Origin: a virus
Lineage: Duplodnaviria; Caudoviricetes
DNA: 64,000 nt
Reading direction: 5' to 3' (one strand)
Virus record (IMG/VR): IMGVR_UViG_3300031867_000015
Location: 32,001 to 96,000 of that record
Shown here piece by piece: positions 1 through 9,010 of the stretch (its first letter is position 1; each line of letters opens with the position of its first letter). The notes below the pieces were generated by a model, which searched no databases, was not told where the DNA came from, and saw nothing but the letters and a program-made list of their open reading frames with translations. A program made the translations under genes and the position numbers.

Positions 1-142
1 TCTTCTTTGCTTCTTTAAAATTATATGATGACCAACGTGCCTTTCTTTCAGCATGAAGTTCATCCTCGGCAATAACAACCATTGCATAATCGTCACCGTA
101 GGTGTATTCACCAACAGGTAATTCAACTAAGTATACATTCAT
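1..142 (-). CDS. hypothetical protein (runs off window start)
   Basis: ATG at 142; open frame MNVYLVELPVGEYTYGDDYAMVVIAEDELHAERKAR to position 1. Confidence 0.7.
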   Translation of the reverse strand, partial: MNVYLVELPVGEYTYGDDYAMVVIAEDELHAERKARWSSYNFKEAKK

Positions 143-151
143 TATTTGCTC

Positions 152-322
152 TCACTCCTTATCTGTTACAGGCGGCAGTCCTAATGATTCAGAATCGAAT
201 CGCATTACAGGTATTGCCCTTAAACCCTCAATTTCTTGTCGCAATTTTTTATTTTCTTCGGCAAGCAGTTCTAATGTTCGCACAAGACTCTTTATCATAT
301 CCTTATCGGTATATTCACCCAT
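152..322 (-). CDS. small hypothetical protein (56 aa)
   Basis: AGAAAGGAG RBS; MGEYTDKDMIKSLVRTLELLAEENKKLRQEIEGL. Confidence 0.65.
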   Translation of the reverse strand: MGEYTDKDMIKSLVRTLELLAEENKKLRQEIEGLRAIPVMRFDSESLGLPPVTDKE

Positions 323-357
323 GTTTTTTACAACTCCTTTCTAATAAAATGTAGCTT

Positions 358-570
358 CTATCTTGTTGGTATTGATTTGTTGGTGAGTTTGCCACAATTG
401 GGGCATTTACATTCCCACCATTCTGTTCCTTCTCTTTGACTAAACTGATACTTATACTCTGTATTATCGGCTTCAAACACACAACCACAGGTAGAACATT
501 CAAATTGTCTAACTCGTTTAATGATTCTGTCAACTTCTTCTTTTGACTTACCCTGTTTAATAATTTTCAT
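358..570 (-). CDS. zinc-ribbon protein
   Basis: CSTC...CPNC; paralog of 1044..1277. Confidence 0.75.
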   Translation of the reverse strand: MKIIKQGKSKEEVDRIIKRVRQFECSTCGCVFEADNTEYKYQFSQREGTEWWECKCPNCGKLTNKSIPTR

Positions 571-616
571 TTCTGTTCACCTCTTTTATTAGGATTCATT
601 ACTTACTTATACTCCT

Positions 617-1042
617 TCATTCATTATATTCAAGACCAAAATCTCTTGCTCTCCGAATGTACGCTTCTCTTGCTACCCAATCTGTGTATTCTTCTGCACA
701 GCTAATACAATTGTCAAGAGGGAATTTTATCAGGTCTTGCATGGTTTTAATAGAATCATAATATTCTTTAATTCGTTTTTCGTGACGTTTTTTAACTTCG
801 GATATAAGCTGTTCGTAAGTAGGAAATATCATATCTTCAAAGGCTCTAAACTCACTGTAGTATTCAGGCTCAATTTCATTTTCATTTGTTCCTATGATTC
901 TATCTACACCTCTAAATACATATACATACTTGTTTACTTCCTTTACAAAATGAACTTCTCCTGTGGGTTTACCTCGAAACAATCCGAAATCCCACCCATT
1001 TGCACTTTGAAAATAATATACATTGCCAATCTAAGGTGTCAT
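617..1042 (-). pseudogene. hypothetical gene with in-frame TAG at codon 4
   Basis: GGAGG RBS, ATG 1042, then ACA CCT TAG (1031-1033); frame continues into ORF 617..982. Confidence 0.6.
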
Positions 1043-1043
1043 A

Positions 1044-1277
1044 CTATTCCTCCTTTATATGAGAATGTTTGGGTAAATCATCTTGAAAAGTACCTATTGC
1101 ATATATCTCTGTTTTACAACAAGGACATTTGCAATATACTGGAATAGAATATTTACTCCAATCTTCTTTGTATTCATTCTTATTAGCTTGCCATATACAA
1201 CCACAAATCTCACACTCAAATCTCTTTATTTTATCTTCCTTCTTAGCTTTGGGATTTCCCAGTCTTAAAATATTCAT
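1044..1277 (-). CDS. zinc-ribbon protein
   Basis: CEICGC...CPCC; similar to 358..570. Confidence 0.75.
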   Translation of the reverse strand: MNILRLGNPKAKKEDKIKRFECEICGCIWQANKNEYKEDWSKYSIPVYCKCPCCKTEIYAIGTFQDDLPKHSHIKEE

Positions 1278-1837
1278 ACTTTAGTTCTCCTTATCTTCTG
1301 GTAAATATAAAGGTAAAAAATATTATCAATTGTATTTCCAATCAAAGCAAACACAAACAGCAATCTCAAATCAAAATCAAGCATCATAGCTACACCTGCA
1401 CCAATCAAGGTAGCAATGGCATTAACTATACTTGAATTATTATCATATTGCTCTCGCTCTATTTCTGATGGATTTACTATCGCTCTCATTTTCGTACCGC
1501 CACATGACAAGTTCTTGGTTATCACAGAATAGATAATAATATTTAGCAAGAAATAAAACTTCAAATCATTACGGATTAAAACGTCAGCAAATAATATCAG
1601 GTCTGCTATTATTTCTAATATTAAAAATAACCTATAGTGTTTAAACAATCTATCAGAATACATATTCCATGCCTTGCAAAATATTATTGTACCTACACAA
1701 GCAAGTATCTGTTCTATTCCTATATAGAAATGAGGAACTACTTTAATAGTCTCTGCATAGATGTATGGATAGGACATTGAATAGAATAGTGTACAGATTA
1801 GATTGAACAAAAGCATTAAGTTACTGAGTTTCTTCAT
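1274..1837 (-). CDS. multi-pass membrane protein (about 6 TM)
   Basis: alternating hydrophobic segments. Confidence 0.75.
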   Translation of the reverse strand: MKKLSNLMLLFNLICTLFYSMSYPYIYAETIKVVPHFYIGIEQILACVGTIIFCKAWNMYSDRLFKHYRLFLILEIIADLILFADVLIRNDLKFYFLLNIIIYSVITKNLSCGGTKMRAIVNPSEIEREQYDNNSSIVNAIATLIGAGVAMMLDFDLRLLFVFALIGNTIDNIFYLYIYQKIRRTKV

Positions 1838-1840
1838 CCT

Positions 1841-2149
1841 TTACTTCCTTATTAAATGTTTCCTTAGTCCTTTTCGCCAATTTCTTTTTGCCATAAACTC
1901 AGCCCTACGCATCTTGGTAAATAATCTTGCTCGTTCGTTATTATTATCAAATATACTATATGAATATGTGAACTCATGTTTACCAAAATAAACTCCGTAT
2001 GAACCATAGGCAAATTCAGTAGAGTAATTACAGCGTGTGCAATTGCCATATTCTTCAACAACACCTACACTATCCTCGGTATAATACTCTACTATTACCT
2101 TACCACCACATATGGGACAAGTTGTTTCATAAGTCACCATTATTTTCAC
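1841..2149 (-). CDS. zinc-ribbon hypothetical protein
   Basis: CPICGG...CTRC. Confidence 0.7.
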   Translation of the reverse strand: MKIMVTYETTCPICGGKVIVEYYTEDSVGVVEEYGNCTRCNYSTEFAYGSYGVYFGKHEFTYSYSIFDNNNERARLFTKMRRAEFMAKRNWRKGLRKHLIRK

Positions 2150-2633
2150 TCACTTTCTCATAGTTATCACATTTGGTTTTCATTTCAAATGCACCATCTT
2201 GTCTTGGTTCTAATCTACTCCGTCTTTTAAACTTTGATTTCTGTATCTTATCATACTCACACTCTTGCCAAAGCAAACCTATACTCAATCTTTCAACCTT
2301 AAAATATTTACAAGTCATGCATTTATATATTTTCTTTAACTGTTCAAATTCGTTATCACAATCTGTCTTAAATGATTTCTCAACCATTTTCATAGTCCAC
2401 TCAGGAAGTTTAAGAAATCTCCACACAGGAAGTCCATTATAGATGTCCTGTGTAAATCTATCATATATTTCTTCTTTAGTGCTGTAATCAAAATACTCTG
2501 CACCACACTTGAATGAATTAATATAATTATCAATAGCATCGTAATCAAACTCATACTGTCCACCTATCTCTGTATCAACAAAGATAGTAAGTATATCTAT
2601 TATAGCAGAGAATATCATTAATTGTTTACTCAT
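2127..2633 (-). CDS. hypothetical protein
   Basis: 168 aa ORF in co-oriented run. Confidence 0.7.
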   Translation of the reverse strand: MSKQLMIFSAIIDILTIFVDTEIGGQYEFDYDAIDNYINSFKCGAEYFDYSTKEEIYDRFTQDIYNGLPVWRFLKLPEWTMKMVEKSFKTDCDNEFEQLKKIYKCMTCKYFKVERLSIGLLWQECEYDKIQKSKFKRRSRLEPRQDGAFEMKTKCDNYEKVSENNGDL

Positions 2634-2639
2634 TGTCCC

Positions 2640-2915
2640 TCACTGACCTAACATTCCTTTAGTAAGTTTTTTATAATTGCGAAACATATTTCTTTCATCC
2701 TTCATATATTCTAAATTTTGTTCAAGCATATCAACGTATTCCTTACGGCAACTAACAACCATCGAAGGACAGAAACCAAGACTTTTGCCAACTGCATAAT
2801 ACCAATTGTTTATAGGTCTTAATATAACACTTGGGATTGTTTTTAACGATTGAGCCACATATTCATAACTTGTTGTCCATCCTACAAGATAATAATTACG
2901 CTCTCTATAATCCAT
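2640..2915 (-). CDS. hypothetical protein
   Basis: GGAGAG RBS, co-oriented run. Confidence 0.7.
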   Translation of the reverse strand: MDYRERNYYLVGWTTSYEYVAQSLKTIPSVILRPINNWYYAVGKSLGFCPSMVVSCRKEYVDMLEQNLEYMKDERNMFRNYKKLTKGMLGQ

Positions 2916-2925
2916 GTTTCTCTCC

Positions 2926-3296
2926 TTATCTTTTTTTATCCATTATCTGTTTTATTTTATACAGTTTATCAATTTCTTCCTTATGGTAACTAATTAAGTC
3001 ATCAACAGAATCCCAACCAAATTCTTCTTCTCTTGCGATATATATTCCAGTTCCACTAATACCATCACCAAATCCCCATTCTTCTTTAAGATATAAAGCT
3101 ACATCCTGTGCATTATCAAGAACGTATAAATATCTGGCATGGTCTAAAGTATATGTGGTTTCTGTATCAATTAGTTCAAATTTCTCATCATACATAAGAA
3201 AAGAATTTTTAAGGTTATAGAAATTTTTTCATATTCTATACATTCCTTTTCAGTTTCAAACTCAGTTCCGTCATCAGCAATAAATAAAGTTTTCAT
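2926..3296 (-). pseudogene. hypothetical gene split by a 1-nt loss in an A6 run
   Basis: MKTLFIADDGTEFETEKECIEYEK joins ORF 2926..3195 if one A is added at 3224-3229. Confidence 0.6.
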
Positions 3297-3656
3297 TTAA
3301 TCCTCTCCTATCAGTTTTAAGGCTTCGTCAGCGTATCGCCATTGATAATCAGTATCACAGCCACCGTCATCAGGACAACTACATTTGCCTATTTGAGACT
3401 CCCACTTACAACATTCACAAATTACACCACCGTTGTAAACCTCGGTAGCAGTAGCATTTAAATCTTCAATTGCCGCTTTCAGAAGTCGCTTGTACTCTGC
3501 TATCTGCTCTCCATTTTCCTTTATCAGTCTGTCGAACTCGCTTATCAGATATATGTTTTCTGCCAATAATACCATTAGATAAAATATAGCCATGATAATA
3601 AGTAGTATGATAAAACAACCGCCAAGCGTAAGAAACCCCAATAAGATTTTAACCAT
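3297..3656 (-). CDS. membrane-anchored Cys-rich hypothetical protein
   Basis: N-terminal TM; C-terminal KRLLK...W.Y.DEALKLIG module shared with 33907..34278. Confidence 0.7.
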   Translation of the reverse strand: MVKILLGFLTLGGCFIILLIIMAIFYLMVLLAENIYLISEFDRLIKENGEQIAEYKRLLKAAIEDLNATATEVYNGGVICECCKWESQIGKCSCPDDGGCDTDYQWRYADEALKLIGED

Positions 3657-3657
3657 C

Positions 3658-4566
3658 TCAATCCTCCCAATTTGTAGTCTTTACAATCTCAAACATTTCA
3701 TCAATGGTCATTCCGTTAATCAGTATGCTCTTTACCTTTGCAATAACACTGTTCTTTGAGAATGTCTGATTAACAAGGTCAATATAAAAGGTAAATGTAC
3801 CATCATCACCCATGTAGAATCTTTCCCATTCTTCTTCACTCATTAATCGCTTAACATCAAGCTGACGAATGGCAAGATTGTCAAATGAAAGATTCTTAAA
3901 CCATCCTTCTTTTACAATTGTAGGGAGCATAAATCCAAGATAAGTTGTGTTCTTCGTAAGTTCTTTAAGATTGTTTGAACGATATTCAAGACCTCTGCCT
4001 GTTGTTTTATATCCAAGTATCAGAATCTTTAAATCGTGATTGGCAAGTCTACCAAGGTCGTTCTCCGTAAGGATTCCATTGATAGTGTGAATAACTGCAT
4101 TAGGAATAGTCTTTACAAGATTAATAAAAGCATCTGTAGGTTCTCTCAATGATATACCCAATCCCCATATTAACTTCTTATCAAGAAGTTCCTTGATAAA
4201 ATAGTAGAATCTTTCAAAATGAATCTGGTTTACTGTCAGATTTGCAATAACTTTCTTCTCCTTTAACTTTGAAAGAAAAGCTATAAGGTATGGATGTGAA
4301 AGGTCATTGCCGTTGAGAGCCATTTCTGTATACGGATGAAGCGAATTAATAAATGTATCATTCATTATATCTCCATGCTTACCTAACGTAGTGCAACCCT
4401 CATAACAGAACTGACAACCGCCATCACATCTATCCGTAATCTTACAATCTACGTTTTCTGCAAAGACAGGTCTGAACTCATCATCCTCAGTACGTCTAAC
4501 AGTTGTACCATCATCCCAACGTATCACACTTACATTTCCATTCTTGTATCTTGCTAAAAGTTTCAT
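3658..4566 (-). CDS. radical SAM enzyme
   Basis: CDGGCQFC (CxxxCxxC); GGAGG RBS before ATG 4566. Confidence 0.9.
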   Translation of the reverse strand: MKLLARYKNGNVSVIRWDDGTTVRRTEDDEFRPVFAENVDCKITDRCDGGCQFCYEGCTTLGKHGDIMNDTFINSLHPYTEMALNGNDLSHPYLIAFLSKLKEKKVIANLTVNQIHFERFYYFIKELLDKKLIWGLGISLREPTDAFINLVKTIPNAVIHTINGILTENDLGRLANHDLKILILGYKTTGRGLEYRSNNLKELTKNTTYLGFMLPTIVKEGWFKNLSFDNLAIRQLDVKRLMSEEEWERFYMGDDGTFTFYIDLVNQTFSKNSVIAKVKSILINGMTIDEMFEIVKTTNWED

Positions 4567-4638
4567 AGTATTTCCTCCTAAATTATTTCTTCTCCTAAAT
4601 GGAGTATGTATTAGGAGCATACGCTCCTATATTAATTA

Positions 4639-4950
4639 TTAATCGTGTCCATAGTAACCAAACGCAACAACTGTTTCACCATTAGGTGTAGTATATCTCT
4701 CTGAAAATGTTTCGTATTCAATATAGTCCCAATCATGAAATTCATCATATGTTAAATACTGTGTATATCTTCCATCATTTTCTCTTTCCTTTTCGATTTT
4801 TTCATTTGATTCAACAATTTGCTTTGCATATCTATCATAATATACCTCACCATTTCTCCACTTACTGTACTCATCATCAGAACACATTGTAAGCGAATGA
4901 ACTGAACTGCTGTTTGTTTCAAAAATACCTCTGCGAATTACTTCTTTCAT
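4639..4950 (-). CDS. FETNSSS-motif protein (short paralog)
   Basis: N-terminus VIRRGIFETNSSSVHS. Confidence 0.85.
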   Translation of the reverse strand: MKEVIRRGIFETNSSSVHSLTMCSDDEYSKWRNGEVYYDRYAKQIVESNEKIEKERENDGRYTQYLTYDEFHDWDYIEYETFSERYTTPNGETVVAFGYYGHD

Positions 4951-4964
4951 AATTAATTCTCCTT

Positions 4965-5495
4965 TTAGTTTCCTTTTATAAAATAATCAAAGTTTTCTGA
5001 ATCGTGATACGGATTAAGTTCTTTACCATCATTACCCCAGTAATATTCATCACCTACAAAACAGGTGTCAAGATAATCATTGCTACCACAATTATCATTT
5101 CCTGTATATACAACGCTGTCATTGTCAAACAGATATCTGAGAAGTAAATCCTCGTTGTCAAGTACAGCATTTACAAACTCAATTGTATCTTCTGAGTGGT
5201 CAATTCCCCACCAACGAGAAGCCTTTTCCTCTGGCTGAAATGTATAATCAATTTCATACTTGTCAAGAATTGATTTCAGCTTATCGAGAAGATAATCGGA
5301 AAGGCTCTGGCACATAATAGCAGTATAAAGATAATCTGGTGTATCGACTGTACTATTCTCCCATCCGTATTCGCCAAGATAAAAAGAGATTTTCTTTCCC
5401 TTAACATCACCAACTGGCTTCTTTGAAATGCATATCGAATGTACACTTGAACTATTTGTCTCAAACATTCCGTTTCTGATTACTGTTTTGCTCAT
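4965..5495 (-). CDS. FETNSSS-motif protein (long paralog)
   Basis: N-terminus VIRNGMFETNSSSVHS. Confidence 0.85.
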   Translation of the reverse strand: MSKTVIRNGMFETNSSSVHSICISKKPVGDVKGKKISFYLGEYGWENSTVDTPDYLYTAIMCQSLSDYLLDKLKSILDKYEIDYTFQPEEKASRWWGIDHSEDTIEFVNAVLDNEDLLLRYLFDNDSVVYTGNDNCGSNDYLDTCFVGDEYYWGNDGKELNPYHDSENFDYFIKGN

Positions 5496-5812
5496 TAAAA
5501 CTCACCCCTTTCCGCAGGATTATCAACCTTTGGTGTTGATTCAGACCTTAAATTATATATTTCCTCTTTGAGTTTCGCCACTTCTTCTTTGAGTTTTCTG
5601 TTCTCACAGTCTCTTTCGTACTTGTCCCGATTAGCTTTATCAATATCCTGTTTCTTTGTTGCTACTTCTTCGACAAGGTTACGGTATTCGTGAAGTGTAA
5701 CCGTAACTGTAAGTTCTTGTGGTGCTGTAAAGTTATCAAGATTATTATTGCTATAACAATCCATTTTCTTTTCAAGCACAACATTGTTTGTAATTGTATT
5801 TTCCATAATCAT
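5495..5812 (-). CDS. coiled-coil hypothetical protein
   Basis: GGAGGA RBS; heptad-like C-terminal half. Confidence 0.7.
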   Translation of the reverse strand: MIMENTITNNVVLEKKMDCYSNNNLDNFTAPQELTVTVTLHEYRNLVEEVATKKQDIDKANRDKYERDCENRKLKEEVAKLKEEIYNLRSESTPKVDNPAERGEF

Positions 5813-6326
5813 TCTTCCTCCATTTCTGCGTTTAACCAATCACAACATTTCTGTATGATTTCTTTTGAACTGAAATAAATAATATTTCTATCACATACAC
5901 TTTCCCAGTCCCAATCATACTTTCCATATTCCGAATCAAAATATATATATAGTAGGCACGATTATCGTAATCACCTGAGAAAACAGGCTTATAATCTCTG
6001 TCATAGCACCACTTGAAAGCTAAAAGTTTATCATTAAATTCTTTTATTTTCTGTGCCTGTTCTGCGTATTCTTTTGTGAGATAGTTGGAGTAACGGTCTG
6101 TACGAATGTCATCATATTCGCCAAATAGTTTAGCATCATCGACCTTGTTAGAAACGTCCACATAAAACGCACTTTCTCCACTGTTAAGACAATTCCAGTA
6201 TTCAGCGAGAACGCTTTCTGTGTTTTTCTTTTCTTCATTTTCCTTTTCTTTCTTTATCTCTGCAAGCAGTTTATTAGTTTCTGCTATCTGTGATTCAAGT
6301 AATTCTATCTTTTCGTCAATGGTCAT
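5809..6326 (-). pseudogene. hypothetical gene frameshifted at an (AT)n tract
   Basis: removing one AT at 5941-5951 gives ...YFDSEYGKYDWDW...IYFSSKEIIQKCCDWLNAEMEEE, ending in ATGA overlap with the next gene. Confidence 0.6.
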
Positions 6327-6338
6327 AGTATTTCCTCC

Positions 6339-7238
6339 TTAAATAAATTTCTTTGCAATGCTCATGCCAATTGAATTTGCAACCTTACCAAAGTTTTCAA
6401 TTTTTGATACAATCTCAGGTTCTTCTTTTAAACAATCCTCGAATATTCTCTTGCAAAGATTCTTAGCCACAATCGGCATTTCTTTTGCTCCCCAGTTCTC
6501 AGGAAGAATCCCCTCGTCAACAAGTTTGTGAAGAATCTTCGTTACTCTTGCTTCTGTTACAATGCTTTCACAAAGAGCCTTATTTTCTTCCTGTGCTTTA
6601 AGTTGTTCTGGTGTCACCACTTTAGCATGATGTTCATGTGTTTCTTGAAATTTCTCACTGACAATCTTAATATAAAACGGTGTTCTGCCATTAGGGTCAT
6701 TCAGTTTTGTCTGATTCTTAATAACAATTCCCTCGCCCATTTCACCGTCCATTTCAGTCTTACCTACAAAACTCAGGCAATGTTCCCAAGACTGGAACTC
6801 ACCTTTGTAAAATACTGGAACAAAATTAAGACCAAGTTCCTTTGCCTTTTCTTCTACGATATCCTGTGGAAGATATTTCTCTGCATCTGTATTATAGATA
6901 TCATAGGCATAGAACTGATTGTACTTTTCGTCAGGATATTTTACGGTATGTGGAACAAGCCACTCTCCAAAGAATACCAGATTATTACCAAGAACTTCTC
7001 TTACCTTGTTCTTATCAAGTGTCTGCGACCATTCGTACATTCCTCTGAGGTTATTACCAATAGAAAGAATCTGTTTTCTGCTCTGTGCAACAACACAGTC
7101 ATTCTCACTATCATATCGAATAGCGGAGTTTGCCCCATCTATTTTTTCCTGTATGACAATATAATCTCCCTTTTCAAATCCGTTTACATTCACTTCCTTA
7201 ATTCTTTCAATGTCCATAAACTTCTTATGATTCACCAT
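6339..7238 (-). CDS. RNA ligase, Rnl2 family
   Basis: motif I EKIDGAN, FFGEW, FYAYDI, EGIVIK, IKIVSEKFQE. Confidence 0.88.
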   Translation of the reverse strand: MVNHKKFMDIERIKEVNVNGFEKGDYIVIQEKIDGANSAIRYDSENDCVVAQSRKQILSIGNNLRGMYEWSQTLDKNKVREVLGNNLVFFGEWLVPHTVKYPDEKYNQFYAYDIYNTDAEKYLPQDIVEEKAKELGLNFVPVFYKGEFQSWEHCLSFVGKTEMDGEMGEGIVIKNQTKLNDPNGRTPFYIKIVSEKFQETHEHHAKVVTPEQLKAQEENKALCESIVTEARVTKILHKLVDEGILPENWGAKEMPIVAKNLCKRIFEDCLKEEPEIVSKIENFGKVANSIGMSIAKKFI

Positions 7239-7259
7239 TAATAAATCCTCCTTATAAAA

Positions 7260-7559
7260 TTATAAATTATTTAAAGATTCCATTTCGAGAATCCTTATAC
7301 CGCATCTCCCAAACCTATCACGGTCATAAGCTATATTGCAATAAAGAATAACTGGATATTCATAACTCCACGGCTCACTATCAATATTATGTTCTTGTGC
7401 ATACTCTCTAAGAGTTTCAAGTTCATTTCCTTCTTCATCGGTTTTTAATCTAATCCCGAAGAACTGCTCCCAATCTTCGGGACAATCAAAATTATCTCTC
7501 ATTTTTTCCACAAAAGAAATAAACTCGTCACGACTATTCAATTTGTAGAATCTACTCAT
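7260..7559 (-). CDS. hypothetical protein
   Basis: AAGGAGTG RBS, 99 aa. Confidence 0.7.
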   Translation of the reverse strand: MSRFYKLNSRDEFISFVEKMRDNFDCPEDWEQFFGIRLKTDEEGNELETLREYAQEHNIDSEPWSYEYPVILYCNIAYDRDRFGRCGIRILEMESLNNL

Positions 7560-7596
7560 TTACAATTCACTCCTTGTTTTGATATAAAAAATAAAG

Positions 7597-7686
7597 TGGG
7601 GCAAGAGGGAATCGAACCCTCGGTGTTTACCACATGGGTATTGGTTTTTAAGACCAATGCGTTTCATCCAACTTCGCCATTGCCCC
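7597..7686 (-). tRNA. tRNA-Leu(TAA)
   Basis: GGGGCAA/TTGCCCC acceptor, TTGGT-CTTAAAA-ACCAA anticodon arm, long variable arm, GGTTCGATTCC; no encoded CCA. Confidence 0.9.
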
Positions 7687-7860
7687 ATTAATGAGACTTC
7701 TTTTTACAAGTCAAGTCCCCAATATCTTGCGTATACGATATGGATATTGCTCTTGGAATCCATTAACACCACCGCTTAAAGTAGGGAACGATTTACACAC
7801 CAAAAATGTTGCAACGTTGGTGTCATCCCATCTTTCTTAAAGGAAAAGCGATATTCCTAT

Positions 7861-7943
7861 TGGTGTCCTCTATGAGAGTCGAACTCATACGCTTTCGCAA
7901 CTGATTTTGAATCAGCCATGTCTACCAATTCCATCAAGAGGAC
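7861..7943 (-). tRNA. tRNA-Leu(CAA)
   Basis: GTCCTCT/AGAGGAC acceptor, GCTGA-TTCAAAA-TCAGT, GTTCGAC T-loop, ACCA end. Confidence 0.92.
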
Positions 7944-8021
7944 TTATGTATGCCCTACCAAGTAGGGCTATATGGAGGAACACGTTATGTCAGAACGTGT
8001 GAAGATTGCTTGCCCTGACAA

Positions 8022-8696
8022 TCAGGGCATCTTAGGAGGTGGCTTACTATGACAAGTCAAATTATATTTGTTTTTAAGTTTATCTTCTATAAATTCAATA
8101 GCAACTTTTTCTCCTTGATTTTTCACTAATCTATTAATATAATTAGTTCCTATATCTGGAATTAAAGAAGCCCATTGTCTACCACTTAATGTTACCGTAG
8201 CTGTAATATAATTAGTAGTAGATTTAAACCTTGTATTTGTTTCAACATCAATCCACCTACAATTATCTGGTGTATAATTTTTATTATCTTCGACCCTATC
8301 AATGGTCAAATTACTTTTATAGTTGTTGTGCAAAGCCCATATTTCAAACAATCTCGGATTATCTATCCATTCTTGACATACTCTTATACCTTTAGCACCA
8401 TAAAATTTATAGTCTTTGCTATCAGGAATATAGCATCTTCTTAGTATACCATGAAAAATATGAGCCAATCTTTTATCATCTATTTGATTTGATTTTATTT
8501 TAATATCTCCGTATACTAACCAGTGAGGACATTTGTAAACTATATTATGAGATATCTTTGAATATCTAAATGTCTTACATTCTCCACATTCACATTTTGC
8601 AATATACATTTTGTGTCCATCATTTGACTTTTCATCTGACACACCAACGATGGTGTATATACCATATTTTTCTCCGATGTGATTAATATTTAGCAT
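8022..8696 (-). CDS. HNH-type homing endonuclease
   Basis: CECG; RRCY...YGAKGIRVCQEW...LTIDRVEDNKNYTPDNCRW. Confidence 0.8.
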   Translation of the reverse strand: MLNINHIGEKYGIYTIVGVSDEKSNDGHKMYIAKCECGECKTFRYSKISHNIVYKCPHWLVYGDIKIKSNQIDDKRLAHIFHGILRRCYIPDSKDYKFYGAKGIRVCQEWIDNPRLFEIWALHNNYKSNLTIDRVEDNKNYTPDNCRWIDVETNTRFKSTTNYITATVTLSGRQWASLIPDIGTNYINRLVKNQGEKVAIEFIEDKLKNKYNLTCHSKPPPKMP

Positions 8697-8756
8697 CTCC
8701 TTTATTATAATGTTTTGATTGTGAGTATCAACTCTGCCCGATTCTAATACCATTAA

Positions 8757-8796
8757 TGACAGTAACAAAAATCGAACTCATATGAACTACACTGTC
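8757..8796 (-). pseudogene. internally deleted tRNA remnant
   Basis: GACAGTG/TACTGTC acceptor, TAGTTCA D-arm start fused directly to GAGTTCGATT. Confidence 0.45.
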
Positions 8797-8866
8797 ATAT
8801 GTATTATGCGGTAGATTAGCCCCTACCGCAAGGCAGAAAGGAGGTGTTACAAATGCATCTGGTTAT

Positions 8867-8936
8867 TGGTGTTAGATTGGAGGGGACTACACAACTGTCC
8901 CTAACAGCTTGACTGCTATTGTGTACCCAATCTAAT
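8867..8936 (-). ncRNA. candidate 70-nt pseudoknotted RNA ending in ACCA
   Basis: TTAGATTGG/CCAATCTAA, TAGCAG/CTGTTA, GGGAC/GTCCC and crossing TACACAA/TTGTGTA. Confidence 0.5.
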
Positions 8937-9010
8937 TGGTGGGAACAGAGAGAATCGAACTCTCAACTAATCCTTAAAAGGGACTTGTTTTACCATTAAA
9001 CTATATTCCC
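8937..9010 (-). tRNA. tRNA-Lys(TTT)
   Basis: GGGAATA/TGTTCCC, AGTCC-CTTTTAA-GGATT, GTTCGATT, ACCA. Confidence 0.92.

Noticed and set aside
617-1042. Genome-wide TAG recoding (genetic code 15)
   Set aside because: Only one internal TAG was seen, long genes are uninterrupted under code 11, and tRNA-Gln has anticodon TTG rather than CTA.
6528-7241. 237 aa + strand ORF and other antisense ORFs in the track (e.g. 42666..43199, 62415..62843)
   Set aside because: Shadows of well-supported opposite-strand genes; no clear RBS or motifs.
8867-8936. Theta/HDV-like ribozyme downstream of tRNA
   Set aside because: The outer stem joins the 5' and 3' ends, which does not fit HDV P1/P2 topology.
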